Positions 9,605 through 19,242 of a DNA stretch of 64,000 nucleotides are shown piece by piece. A model generated the notes under the pieces. It was not told the DNA's origin. It was given only the letters and a program-made list of their open reading frames with translations, and ran no database searches. The translations under genes and the position numbers were made by a program. Position 1 is the stretch's first letter. Every line of letters starts with the position of its first letter. The DNA comes from Candidatus Algichlamydia australiensis (GTDB lineage Bacteria; Chlamydiota; Chlamydiia; Chlamydiales; JAJFMI01), in contig JAXCHI010000003.1 in NCBI GenBank assembly GCA_033977065.1, positions 448,001-512,000 of the forward strand, written 5' to 3'.

Positions 9605-11491
9605 ATGGCAGAGAAGTGGATGGGTGACAAGAAAGAGGGATCGCTGGCCGCAAGAGTGGCGTGGATATCAATTCTTTTTTTGGTTGTTCCTCTTCTTATT
9701 TTTAGTTTTGTCGGTTATAAGATGGTCTACAACTCCCAGCTTCGTCACATTTTAGTGACAATGGAGATGCTAGAGCAGGGCGAGCGCGGTGTGATCGAAG
9801 AGTTTGTCAAAGGCCAAGATCAGGTTCTGGATGTTATGGCAAAAAATTTTGGTACAGATCCCATTACTTCTGAAGAGTTAGGAAGTTATCATGAGCTGAT
9901 TTCTGAGCATGAGGAGAGCCAAAACATCTTTTTTATTCAAAAGGGAATTTGCAAGGCAGCTTCGAATACAGCATTTGTAGGAAAAGATTTTACCGGCTTT
10001 TTGATGAATCGTACCCGATTGAAGGGAGGCCATGATCTCTTCACTTCCCCTCAATTTTTTAATCGAGGAGCGACGCTTCTTCTTGCAAAAGCGATGCCGC
10101 AAGGCTACCTAATGATCTCCTTTCCTCTTGATCGACTTTTGCGAGCGCACTCTATCGTTGATGATGAAGACTATCCTGTAAATTTCTCTCTTTTAAACCA
10201 ATTTGGTGAAGAGTTAGGCAGTACAAATCCTATCTTTGGTGAGCTTGTTTTTGCAGAGGGCGGAGTCCAAATGGAGATGATCGACTGGCAAAAAGTGCCT
10301 CGCATCAAGCAGGAAATTGACGCTTTTCGCTTCACTCTTGATGGAAAGAAGTGGGCGGGAATTATAAAACCTGTTGAAGATACAGGCTATCAACTTCTTT
10401 TTGCTATTGGTTCAGATTTTGCCTTTTTCTCTTTTGACCACTTTATCCGCATGCTTATTTTCTTTTTTGGCGCACTGATGTTGATTGGATTTCCCCTTGC
10501 CTACCTTTTTACCAAGCGGTTTTCAAAACCCCTAAAAGATCTATCGGAGGTTATGACTCTTGTGGGTAAAGGCAAGACGCATTATCGCTACGAGCCAGAT
10601 TCCTACGGTTTTGAGATCAATCACGCTGGACTTATCTTCAACGAAATGATTGATACTCTCCTTCATGCTCAGAGAGAAGGAGAAGAGCAACGTGTGGCCA
10701 ATCAGACGCTCTCAAAAGAGTTGGAAATTGGCCAAGAGGTGCAACAATCTCTAATTCCACAAACATTACCAGAAATCTCTGGTTTGCAGATGGTTGCGCG
10801 TTATCTGCCTGCAAAAGAAGTAAGCGGTGATTTTTACGATCTTTTTCAAAGAGAAGATGGCAAGTGGCTCATTGTGATGGCCGATATTTCAGGTAAAGGT
10901 ATTCACGCCTGCTTCTATGCTCTACTCCTGCGCAGTATGCTCCGCAGCTTTGCCAGCAAAAATGCGGATCTTGCTGAGATTGTCCAGCAGACAAATAAAT
11001 TGTTTGCCCTAGACACTGCGCCTCATGGCGTATTTGCTACGGTGTGGCTCGGAATTTTCGACCCCACAAGTTTCTCTCTAACGCACCTCAACTGTGGACA
11101 CCCTTCTGCCTATATTTTGCGCACCGGAGACAAAATAGAAGAGTTGAACAATCGCGCGATCTCACTTGGGGTAACAGAGCTCACCGATCTACCTATTCAA
11201 ACTACTGAATTGCAGCCAGGTGATCAGCTCTTTATTTTTACAGATGGTTTGTCAGAGATGCACAACTTAAAAAATGGGCTCTTCGGAGAAGAGCGTATAA
11301 AAGAGTTCTTAATTCAAAAAAGTGACCTCTCTTTTGAAGATTTTATTGCCGATCTTTTTGAGGAGCTTGCTTGGTTTTCTGAAGGTGCACCGCAGCACGA
11401 TGATCTCTCCTTCTTGCTCATCCGCCGGGCCAGTGAGAGGAGTCCCGAAGTCGTGCCACAATCTGATCCAAATCCTCTAGAGACTCATTAG
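9605..11491 (+). CDS. rsbU: Membrane-bound PP2C/SpoIIE phosphatase (RsbU) with periplasmic sensor and HAMP domain
   Basis: Two TM segments, EVSGDFYD, ADISGKG, TDGLSE, HDDLS. Confidence 0.9.
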   Translation: MAEKWMGDKKEGSLAARVAWISILFLVVPLLIFSFVGYKMVYNSQLRHILVTMEMLEQGERGVIEEFVKGQDQVLDVMAKNFGTDPITSEELGSYHELISEHEESQNIFFIQKGICKAASNTAFVGKDFTGFLMNRTRLKGGHDLFTSPQFFNRGATLLLAKAMPQGYLMISFPLDRLLRAHSIVDDEDYPVNFSLLNQFGEELGSTNPIFGELVFAEGGVQMEMIDWQKVPRIKQEIDAFRFTLDGKKWAGIIKPVEDTGYQLLFAIGSDFAFFSFDHFIRMLIFFFGALMLIGFPLAYLFTKRFSKPLKDLSEVMTLVGKGKTHYRYEPDSYGFEINHAGLIFNEMIDTLLHAQREGEEQRVANQTLSKELEIGQEVQQSLIPQTLPEISGLQMVARYLPAKEVSGDFYDLFQREDGKWLIVMADISGKGIHACFYALLLRSMLRSFASKNADLAEIVQQTNKLFALDTAPHGVFATVWLGIFDPTSFSLTHLNCGHPSAYILRTGDKIEELNNRAISLGVTELTDLPIQTTELQPGDQLFIFTDGLSEMHNLKNGLFGEERIKEFLIQKSDLSFEDFIADLFEELAWFSEGAPQHDDLSFLLIRRASERSPEVVPQSDPNPLETH

Positions 11492-12656
11492 CAGCAATGC
11501 GCTCCGCCTCTTCGAGCAGATGTCCCATCGACCTGCCGGGAGCAACGCCTTGCTCTTTGAGATGGTGAGAGCGGACGATTGGCTCGCGCATCTGGAGGCG
11601 CCAAATTGGTTTTTTTAACTCTTCAATGCGCGTTTTATGCTCTTGAAAAAGGCTTTCTCGCTTCTCCTCACTTTTTCTTGCTCCGATTACTTGTAAGATT
11701 AAAAGAAAGTGTTCGTGCGCATAGAGCTTTGCCCATTCATAGGCGTCTAGGATTTCTACTTTTGTTCCTAAAAGAGCCTCTTCAATTTTGTGGCTAAACT
11801 CTACAAAGGCACGATCTTTATTTGAGAGACGAAACATTTCGCAAACGGCTAGTTTTTCTTTAAGAGTAGCGCCAGGAAAGAGCTCGAGGACTTTGGCGAT
11901 GACAGGGGCATCGTCCGGAAATTCTGAGAGATGGCGCAGACGTGACTGGATCTCCTCCACGCTAGCTTCTTTGATTTCGGGAAAAATCTCTTGGAGGAGG
12001 TTGAGCCGGTGTAGTGTGACAAGTGCAGTATCAAAGTGGGCAAAGCGCGCCATTTTCACAAATTCTTGCCAGATGCGTTCATAGGCAACAGAAGGAAACA
12101 GTTGGTCAGCGTGGACTAAAATAGCCTGCATAGTGTCAGACTCAATCGGAAAGTGGAAGCGGCTGGAATAACGCACGGCTCGAATCATGCGCAGGCGATC
12201 TTCCAAAAAACGCTCATGCGGATTGCCAATCGCTCGTACAACACCTTTTTTTAAATCTTCTTTGCCGCCAACAAAGTCGTGCAGCTCTTCTTCAATCGGA
12301 TCGTAAAACATTCCATTGATCGTAAAATCGCGTCGCTTCGCATCCTCCTTTGGATCAGACGGCTCAATTCCCATCGGCCGACGCCCATCCTCATAGCCCA
12401 AATCTCTACGAAAAGTCGCCACCTCAAACTGGTGTTCATCTTCCACAACAACGACAATTCCAAAATTGACGCCGACAGGAATGGTTTTGGGGAAAAGGGC
12501 GATGACCTCATCTACGGAGGCACTTGTGGCAATATCGATATCATCAGAAGGGTGCTGCATCAAAAAGTCGCGCACCCAGCCGCCCGCAATATAGGCGGTA
12601 TGGCCGTGCTCCTTAAGCTTCTCGATAATGGATTTGGCTGTATTAAGTAGGCTCAC
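11418..12656 (-). CDS. CCA tRNA nucleotidyltransferase / poly(A) polymerase family
   Basis: GGWVRD, DIDIAT, EVATFR, RRDFTIN, EDRLRMIRAVR. Confidence 0.92.
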   Translation of the reverse strand: MSLLNTAKSIIEKLKEHGHTAYIAGGWVRDFLMQHPSDDIDIATSASVDEVIALFPKTIPVGVNFGIVVVVEDEHQFEVATFRRDLGYEDGRRPMGIEPSDPKEDAKRRDFTINGMFYDPIEEELHDFVGGKEDLKKGVVRAIGNPHERFLEDRLRMIRAVRYSSRFHFPIESDTMQAILVHADQLFPSVAYERIWQEFVKMARFAHFDTALVTLHRLNLLQEIFPEIKEASVEEIQSRLRHLSEFPDDAPVIAKVLELFPGATLKEKLAVCEMFRLSNKDRAFVEFSHKIEEALLGTKVEILDAYEWAKLYAHEHFLLILQVIGARKSEEKRESLFQEHKTRIEELKKPIWRLQMREPIVRSHHLKEQGVAPGRSMGHLLEEAERIAANESLEDLDQIVARLRDSSHWPGG

Positions 12657-12679
12657 TTCCTCATTCTATCAGGGAAGAG

Positions 12680-13681
12680 TTATTGAAAGAAGAGGTGCGC
12701 TCGGGCTTCTTCTGCAGTAATGCGGTTTTCAGAATAGGGGTGGCCAAGTTTGTCAATTAGATCTTTTAATTTGGGGTTGATATAGGCTAGTGCGGGGTTC
12801 GTAATTAAACGCGGTTCTCGGAGATGGTAGAGGAGATAGTCCTGTTTGTCTTTGGCTCTACACACATGCCTTTTTGTTGCCATGTAAAAGAGAACGGTTG
12901 CAACTGAGTAGAAGTCTGCAGAAATATCGTACTCTGCTTTTTGCAACACTTCTGGTGCCATATTCGGAAGAGTACCGCATGAGGAGTAGCGTCTTTTATG
13001 GGATTTTTCAATGAACCGTGCCAAGCCAAGATCAAGTAACTTAATACCATCGGGTGTAATGAGAATATTCCGCGGTTTAATGTCGCGATGAATGAGTTGA
13101 AGGTTGTCTTTTTGGACATTGTGAATTGCTTGCAAACCCAGAAGAATTTCGCGAGCATATTTTTGGATTTGCGCAGAAGTAAAGCTGTTGCATTGGTTGA
13201 GTGTGATCGCTTCTGGGAAATACTCACTGATGGCTCCCACCAAAGTAAGGTTGAGATTTTGCTCACTCTTACTGTTTGCAAAAAGCTCTTGAAACTCCTC
13301 TGAATTCATCAATTTGAATTGAAGGATTTTGTGATCAAAGTAGAGGACGCGGAAGGTTTTCAAGACATGAGGCCCTAAATCAAGAAGAGAGAACCACTCT
13401 CCTCCAATCTGTTCATTTGTTACCTTGAAGCAGCGATGGTTTTCCTCTTTGGTTGCCGTCCAAAAGTTCACCATTTTGAATGCTGCTTGGGCTCTATTGC
13501 CTTCAGACGAAAGGTAGGAAAAGGAAAAAACTTTTGAAAAAGCTCCTTTTCCAATTTCCTTATTAAGCGTAATTTCGGGGTAAGCTTCCGCTAGTAGGTC
13601 TGTGATTTTTACAACCTCTTGAGTGCCTTCAGGAGGTTGTATAACAGCGTTGATGGCCTGGGCGGTTTCGACGCTAAGCAT
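12680..13681 (-). CDS. Eukaryotic-like Ser/Thr protein kinase
   Basis: GKGAFSKV, HRDIKPRN, DLG, GTLPNMAPE. Confidence 0.9.
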   Translation of the reverse strand: MLSVETAQAINAVIQPPEGTQEVVKITDLLAEAYPEITLNKEIGKGAFSKVFSFSYLSSEGNRAQAAFKMVNFWTATKEENHRCFKVTNEQIGGEWFSLLDLGPHVLKTFRVLYFDHKILQFKLMNSEEFQELFANSKSEQNLNLTLVGAISEYFPEAITLNQCNSFTSAQIQKYAREILLGLQAIHNVQKDNLQLIHRDIKPRNILITPDGIKLLDLGLARFIEKSHKRRYSSCGTLPNMAPEVLQKAEYDISADFYSVATVLFYMATKRHVCRAKDKQDYLLYHLREPRLITNPALAYINPKLKDLIDKLGHPYSENRITAEEARAHLFFQ

Positions 13682-14774
13682 TTACTTGAAAGAAGGGATG
13701 GTTTAGAGCTTCTTCGGCTGTGGGACGGTTCTCTGGCTCCTTCTGAGTCAATACCTTAATAAGATCGCGCAAATTGCTATCTTGAACAAGTTTTAAAAGG
13801 TTATTTTTTGCTTTTTCTTTTGGATCAGAAAGAAAGTTTCGAAGACAGTCGAGTGTATCTATGTTATTTCCATTCTCATCAAGGAGGGTATCTAGCCCTG
13901 TTGCCATAAACAGAAATGTGATTCCAAGAGAGTAGATGTCTACTTTGTAATTGTATCCTTCGTTAAAGAGTAATTCGGGAGCAGCAAATATGGGACTTCC
14001 TTTTATAGATTGTCTTTTTCGTTCTTTATCAGCCACTCGAGAAAACCCAAGATCAATAATTTTTACCTCTTTCCCATCTTGTGTAACAATAACGTTTTCT
14101 GGCTTCATGTCTCGGTGAATAATAGAGTGGCTATGAATGTCTTTCAAGCCTTTTAAGAGCTGTGTTCCATAGATTCGTACTTTTTCAGTTGATATTATTC
14201 CAAACTTATCTAGTGTTTTTGAGCCCTGAATATATTCGCTTACGGTACCAATAAGTGTGTAATGCAAATTTTCACGCTCTTCTTGAGAGATTTTCTGATA
14301 CTCTTGAAACTTTTCCGCGGAAAAAAGAAACACGTCCCGAGTTTTATTATTTAGAGCTATGGCATGTGAGGCCGACAGAACATGAGGACCGAATTTATCA
14401 AGTGCATTCCACTCTCCGCCAGGTCTTTTTCTTGTTAGACCAAATAGTTTTACATTTTTTTTACTTGTTGGATTAATTTCCGGCTTCACAAGTTTTAGTG
14501 CTTTATGCTCTCGGGTTTGTGTTTCTGGATTGAAGTGCTCCATAACAAGTACCTTGGAATAACTGCCTTCTCCAATTATTGTTTTCCCGAGTTTGCAGTT
14601 TGTGAAGTCCGTAAGCAGTCTGCTAGCTAACGTGTTTGGATAAGGGGACTTTCTGCCGTAAATAGTGTTTGCAAGCGTATTTGCTAAAGTTCTTTTTGCT
14701 CGCATATCTGCTAAATTTCTTCTGGAAGGGGGGCTAGCTTGACCTGTGGCTTGTAATGTTGTTAATGTTGTCAT
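13674..14774 (-). CDS. Eukaryotic-like Ser/Thr protein kinase, paralog of the neighbour
   Basis: GEGSYSKV, HRDMKPEN, DLG, GSPIFAAPE, DIYSLG. Confidence 0.92.
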   Translation of the reverse strand: MTTLTTLQATGQASPPSRRNLADMRAKRTLANTLANTIYGRKSPYPNTLASRLLTDFTNCKLGKTIIGEGSYSKVLVMEHFNPETQTREHKALKLVKPEINPTSKKNVKLFGLTRKRPGGEWNALDKFGPHVLSASHAIALNNKTRDVFLFSAEKFQEYQKISQEERENLHYTLIGTVSEYIQGSKTLDKFGIISTEKVRIYGTQLLKGLKDIHSHSIIHRDMKPENVIVTQDGKEVKIIDLGFSRVADKERKRQSIKGSPIFAAPELLFNEGYNYKVDIYSLGITFLFMATGLDTLLDENGNNIDTLDCLRNFLSDPKEKAKNNLLKLVQDSNLRDLIKVLTQKEPENRPTAEEALNHPFFQVNA

Positions 14775-14889
14775 TTTGTTTTATTGTTAATTATTTATTA
14801 ATTAAATTATAACAATATTTTAATTTTTATAAAACATAAATTATAAAGAATTTGTAATTCTTTTATTATCAGTTATTTATTAGTTAAGT

Positions 14890-15062
14890 CCTCTGTACTG
14901 GACAAAAATTTTGCCAAGAGGAGCAAAGCGAGCCAAAATCAAATCGAAGCAGCAGCGTTTCGAGCGACGAGTCCATAGCCCATAGTGCTATGGACGAGGA
15001 GGAGAATCGATTTGATAAAGGCGCAGCTCTCCCATTGGTGAAATTTTTGTCCAGTACAGAGG
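14890..15062. mobile_element. 173-bp MITE-like palindromic element, family A
   Basis: Perfect 22-bp TIR cctctgtactggacaaaaattt; 7-bp direct repeats GTTAAGT at 14883-14889 and 15063-15069; central hairpin gtccatagc...gctatggac. Confidence 0.85.
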
Positions 15063-15097
15063 GTTAAGTCTCGTAGTAGAGGGCCAACATGAGCAAG

Positions 15098-15117
15098 AGC
15101 TGGGTAGCAACTTGAGT
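15098..15117. repeat. Solo end of family B element
   Basis: agctgggtagcaacttgagt; 18/20 match to the reverse complement of 53996-54015. Confidence 0.65.
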
Positions 15118-15290
15118 TTGTTCAGTGTCCCGTGAGAGAAGAGTTCGCACAGAGTACAAAAGATATTTCTTAGAGACACTTTTTGGATCAATTATAATTA
15201 TTTTTAAAGGTTGTGTATTTTTTATTTTTCTTAAAAAAATTTGCAAATCTGTTAGACTCCGATCTATTTTACAGAAGAATAGGAGTTGTG

Positions 15291-15803
15291 ATGATGAGAA
15301 AGTTGTTTGTTTTTTTAGGGCTGATTTGTGTAAGTTTGCAAGCGATGTCAGCTGATGCCAAATTGCAATCTATCAAATCGTATCGAAGTTTACCGTTTTA
15401 CAAAGGCGCAGATAAAATTATTCACGAGATTGTTTCTACTACTGCTAAGAAGAATGAAATTGAGCTTGGCTTAAGATATAAGAAGCATTTGGAAGAACTT
15501 GGAGATCGGATTGAGTTTACAGTTCATCCATTGCGTTTTTTAGGGGCAATCTTTTCAGATCCTGAGTTAAAAGTTTGTATGAGAACAATCATGCGCGGGA
15601 CTTGGTTTAAATGGCCAAACTTCATGGGATCAACAAAGAGACGTGGTGTGGTTAAAAATATGACGCGTGAGATGCGCAAACATAATATTTTTCCTCACCT
15701 CTATGGTTTTGCCCAGCATGTTAACGCTGACTACGATCGTATTTTATACTATGTAGAGCGCGAAGATTACGAGGGCCTAGTCAAGTATCTTATTAAACAC
15801 TAA
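15291..15803 (+). CDS. Secreted chlamydial hypothetical protein
   Basis: AGGAG SD at 15281, signal peptide MMRKLFVFLGLICVSLQA, HPLRFLGAIF motif. Confidence 0.75.
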   Translation: MMRKLFVFLGLICVSLQAMSADAKLQSIKSYRSLPFYKGADKIIHEIVSTTAKKNEIELGLRYKKHLEELGDRIEFTVHPLRFLGAIFSDPELKVCMRTIMRGTWFKWPNFMGSTKRRGVVKNMTREMRKHNIFPHLYGFAQHVNADYDRILYYVEREDYEGLVKYLIKH

Positions 15804-17085
15804 CAAGTTTTGGGCTTTTTGGGAGGAAAAGCGAGGGGCAGCTCTGTTCGAAGCATTCAGCTGTAAGGATCTTTGCACCGCGCTTTTCTTGTAGATAGAA
15901 AGCATTTCCAAACTCCCATTTTGGCATACCGTGGTGGGCAAGTGTCGGATCACTCGCTTCTGAGTGGATGCAAATTTGTCCTTTCGCAACGGCCATAAGC
16001 TCCATGGAAGTGAGACCACCTGATCTTGTAAAAGTTGCATTTGAGCGAAAAAAGAGGGGGGCAATGACGGCGTCGTCCTGGAAGGTCATGGGAATAACAG
16101 TGAGTTTTTCAGGATAGACGCGACAAGTGGTGATCAGGTCGTGTACACGTTTAAGTAAGCTTTTGGCTCCCGGTCTATGCGCATTGCAGAAGACAAAGAG
16201 ATGGTAGGGCTCTGCGTCGTTAGGAAGTTTTCTTAGCGTTTTAATAATATGGCGGATGTAGCGCAGAGTAGTGCACTCGGCAGGAATACTTCCTAGCATC
16301 AATGTAAAAACATGGTCGTTGGGCTGAATGCAAAATTTAAGGATAGCGTCTTGTAGCTTGTAGGGCGCGCCTCCTTTTTTTACAGTCTCTTCAATCAGAT
16401 GCTCTTCTTCTTCAGAATGAATTTGAATATTCAGTGTGAGAGGCTCTTTGACGCTCTCTTCATGCATGAATTTTTGAAAAGAGGGACGAAGGGGAGGGCT
16501 GTCGTATTTTATGCGGTAAGAGGGGAGGTTGCACGCCTCTTTCCAGAAGCCCCGGCTCTCTTGCAAAAGAGGAAAAAAGGTAATCAGGTCGATGTGTTTG
16601 CGGTCATGTTTTGAGAGATGCTTAATGGGGTCAAAAAAATGGGAGCAGTAGGGGGTTGGAAGCTCTGTGACGATTTTCTCCATGTGGATTTTTCGTCTTT
16701 TTAGTCGCATAACAAGGCGAGCCGCCTTCATGATCGAGGGAGTGAAGTTAGGTTGAGTGTCGATGATCAGTTCAATGTTGTAGCGAAAGAGCACGTAAAA
16801 TGCGTGCAGAAACATAGGAATCCAAAAAAGAATTTCACTCAGCCACTGGTATCCGATTAGTTTTAGTTGCTCTTTGACATCGCCATTTGCTTGCGCTGAA
16901 TTCCAGCGACGTACGCAATAGCTTCCCATTCGCTCGCCCATCCAGTCGAGCATAATATCCCGGACGATGAGCTTATGATTGGGATAGCGTTTTTTTGCTT
17001 CGATTTTTTTCGCTCTTGCAGCTTGAATATGGCCGCTCCCTCCGGAGGAGGTGAGGATTAAGATCCCGCGCTTTTTTTTTGTCAT
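15793..17085 (-). CDS. GT-B fold glycosyltransferase (GT28/UgtP-like)
   Basis: SSGGSGHIQAA and TRSGGLTSMEL motifs. Confidence 0.75.
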   Translation of the reverse strand: MTKKKRGILILTSSGGSGHIQAARAKKIEAKKRYPNHKLIVRDIMLDWMGERMGSYCVRRWNSAQANGDVKEQLKLIGYQWLSEILFWIPMFLHAFYVLFRYNIELIIDTQPNFTPSIMKAARLVMRLKRRKIHMEKIVTELPTPYCSHFFDPIKHLSKHDRKHIDLITFFPLLQESRGFWKEACNLPSYRIKYDSPPLRPSFQKFMHEESVKEPLTLNIQIHSEEEEHLIEETVKKGGAPYKLQDAILKFCIQPNDHVFTLMLGSIPAECTTLRYIRHIIKTLRKLPNDAEPYHLFVFCNAHRPGAKSLLKRVHDLITTCRVYPEKLTVIPMTFQDDAVIAPLFFRSNATFTRSGGLTSMELMAVAKGQICIHSEASDPTLAHHGMPKWEFGNAFYLQEKRGAKILTAECFEQSCPSLFLPKSPKLVSV

Positions 17086-17109
17086 TAAGAACAAACAAAT
17101 AGGTTATTC

Positions 17110-17228
17110 ACTCAAGCTGCTACCCCTTTCCCCTTCTAGAAAGATCTTTTTTATGATCAGCGTGATTTAAAATTACATATCTCATCAAAAATCTCTCTCC
17201 ATAGAAGAAATTGGGTAGCAACTTGAGT
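17110..17228. mobile_element. 119-bp MITE-like element, family B
   Basis: 16-bp TIR actcaagctgctaccc / gggtagcaacttgagt (1 mismatch); 7-bp direct repeats GTTATTC at 17103-17109 and 17229-17235. Confidence 0.8.
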
Positions 17229-17266
17229 GTTATTCTTTTTTTAATTCAAATTGAGGAAGATTTCAA

Positions 17267-18658
17267 CTACTTCATTGTAAGGAGAAATTCCGCATTGCTA
17301 GATGTCTTTTTCAATCTTCCACTTAAGAGCTTCATTGCATCAACTGGAGAGAGATCGGCAAAGGCGCGGCGCAACTCATATATTTTATCCATCTCTTCAG
17401 GGTGGTAGAGAAGATCCTCTTTACGTGTTCCACTCTTTGGAATATTGATAGCTGGGAAGATGCGCAGTTCTGCCAAGCGGCGTTCTAGAACAAGCTCCAT
17501 ATTTCCGGTGCCCTTAAACTCTTCATAGATGACTTCATCCATTTTTGAGCCGGTATCGATCATTGCAGTAGCGATAATAGTTAAAGAACCGCCATTTTCA
17601 ATATTTCGCGCTGCACCAAAGAAGCGTTTTGGTTTGTGAAGGGAGTTAGCATCGACACCACCAGAAAGAATTTTTCCCGAATGAGGTTGGACGGTGTTGT
17701 AGGCGCGAGCAAGGCGTGTAAGGGAGTCGAGGAGGAGAACTACGTCTTTACCGCACTCAACCATGCGTTTTGCTTTTTCAATTGCCATATCGGCAACTTG
17801 CACGTGACGCTCAGGGGGTTCGTCAAATGTTGAAGAGACAACTTCTCCTTTTACAGAGCGCTGCATGTCGGTCACCTCTTCTGGACGTTCGTCTATAAGA
17901 AGAACCATAAGCTCGACGTCAGGATGGTTAACGGCAACAGAGTTGGCGATGCTCTGCATCAAAATTGTTTTACCCGACTTTGGCGGCGCAACGATCATAG
18001 CGCGCTGGCCCATTCCAATTGGGGCCACGAGATCGAGCACGCGCATGGAGATCTGCTCTTTTGTTGTCTCCATGATGTAACGCTTTTCAGGAAAGAGGGG
18101 GGTGAGGTTTTCAAAAAGGATGCGCTCACGTGAGAGCTCGGGGCTCTTCTCGTTAATGCGATCGACTTTATGAAGAGCAAAATATTTTTCCTTCTCTTTT
18201 GGAGAGCGGATGGTACCGTAGATATTGTCTCCTTTTTTCAGATCGAAACGGCGGATCTGCGCTGGTGAAACGTAGATATCTTCGGCAGAGGAGAGGTAGT
18301 TGTAGTTAGGAGAGCGTAGGAAACCGAAGCCGTCGGGGAGGACTTCTAAAATTCCCTCTGCAACAAGGATCTCTCCATGTTTTTGGGAGAGGCATTTGAC
18401 CACTTCAAAAACCATTTGGGACTTTGTGAGAGAGCCGAGATGGGTAAGACCTAGATTTTTAGCAAAGAGACTTAGCTGGTCAATATTCATGCGCTGCAAG
18501 TCGGCAATCCGCGTGATATTGGGCTCTCTTGCCGGCTCTTTTGGCCTTGCTTCAGCTTTCGGTTTTTTTTCAGGTAAATTTTCAGGGGGAGTCACAATTG
18601 GTGGGGGCGTTAAAGCGGGGGGAGGGGAAATTTTATGGTTAGAATTTTCTTCGCTCAT
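17267..18658 (-). CDS. rho: Transcription termination factor Rho
   Basis: [35 protein letters not shown]. Confidence 0.99.
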   Translation of the reverse strand: MSEENSNHKISPPPALTPPPIVTPPENLPEKKPKAEARPKEPAREPNITRIADLQRMNIDQLSLFAKNLGLTHLGSLTKSQMVFEVVKCLSQKHGEILVAEGILEVLPDGFGFLRSPNYNYLSSAEDIYVSPAQIRRFDLKKGDNIYGTIRSPKEKEKYFALHKVDRINEKSPELSRERILFENLTPLFPEKRYIMETTKEQISMRVLDLVAPIGMGQRAMIVAPPKSGKTILMQSIANSVAVNHPDVELMVLLIDERPEEVTDMQRSVKGEVVSSTFDEPPERHVQVADMAIEKAKRMVECGKDVVLLLDSLTRLARAYNTVQPHSGKILSGGVDANSLHKPKRFFGAARNIENGGSLTIIATAMIDTGSKMDEVIYEEFKGTGNMELVLERRLAELRIFPAINIPKSGTRKEDLLYHPEEMDKIYELRRAFADLSPVDAMKLLSGRLKKTSSNAEFLLTMK

Positions 18659-19242
18659 TTTATACCTAAATCTTCAATATGGGTTTTTAAAGTTTGCATG
18701 TTTTGATTGTTTTCTAAAACATGGTCGGCGCGTCTTGCTTTGTCTGCTTGTGAAAGCTGCCGAGCTGTTCTTTTTTTATACTCTTCCTCTCCCTTCCCAA
18801 AACGGTTAAGACAGAGGGAGGAGGTTGCAGTAACACAGATGGTAGCATCAAAGTATTTCTCCCAATTGACTTCAAACAGGAGAGGTACTTCTGCGACACA
18901 AAGTTTATGTTGTTTTTCTGCTTCTTTCATCTCACTTAAGAGGTGTTGGATAATTTTTGGATGAATTATTTTTTCTAATCGTTGTAATTTTACGGGGTCG
19001 GAAAATACGACTTTTGCTAAATTATCACGTAAATTCCCGGAAAAGACCTCTTGACCAAATTCATTTTTGATTTGTTGCCTAAGTTGGCTGTCTTGATTGA
19101 GCAATCTGTGGGTGATCTCATCGGCATCGACCCGATAAGCTCCTGATTCTTCAAATATTTTTGCGACTGTACTCTTTCCTGAGCCAGGCACGCCGGTAAT
19201 AGCAATCCTTTTAATTCTAACACTCTCCCCAATTTTTGCCAA
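18655..19242 (-). CDS. coaE: Dephospho-CoA kinase (start uncertain)
   Basis: [23 protein letters not shown]. Confidence 0.93.
   Translation of the reverse strand: MAKIGESVRIKRIAITGVPGSGKSTVAKIFEESGAYRVDADEITHRLLNQDSQLRQQIKNEFGQEVFSGNLRDNLAKVVFSDPVKLQRLEKIIHPKIIQHLLSEMKEAEKQHKLCVAEVPLLFEVNWEKYFDATICVTATSSLCLNRFGKGEEEYKKRTARQLSQADKARRADHVLENNQNMQTLKTHIEDLGIK

Noticed and set aside
14988..15355. Several short ORFs in the kinase/hypothetical intergenic region
   Set aside because: They overlap MITE sequence and AT-rich promoter DNA; no coding signal.
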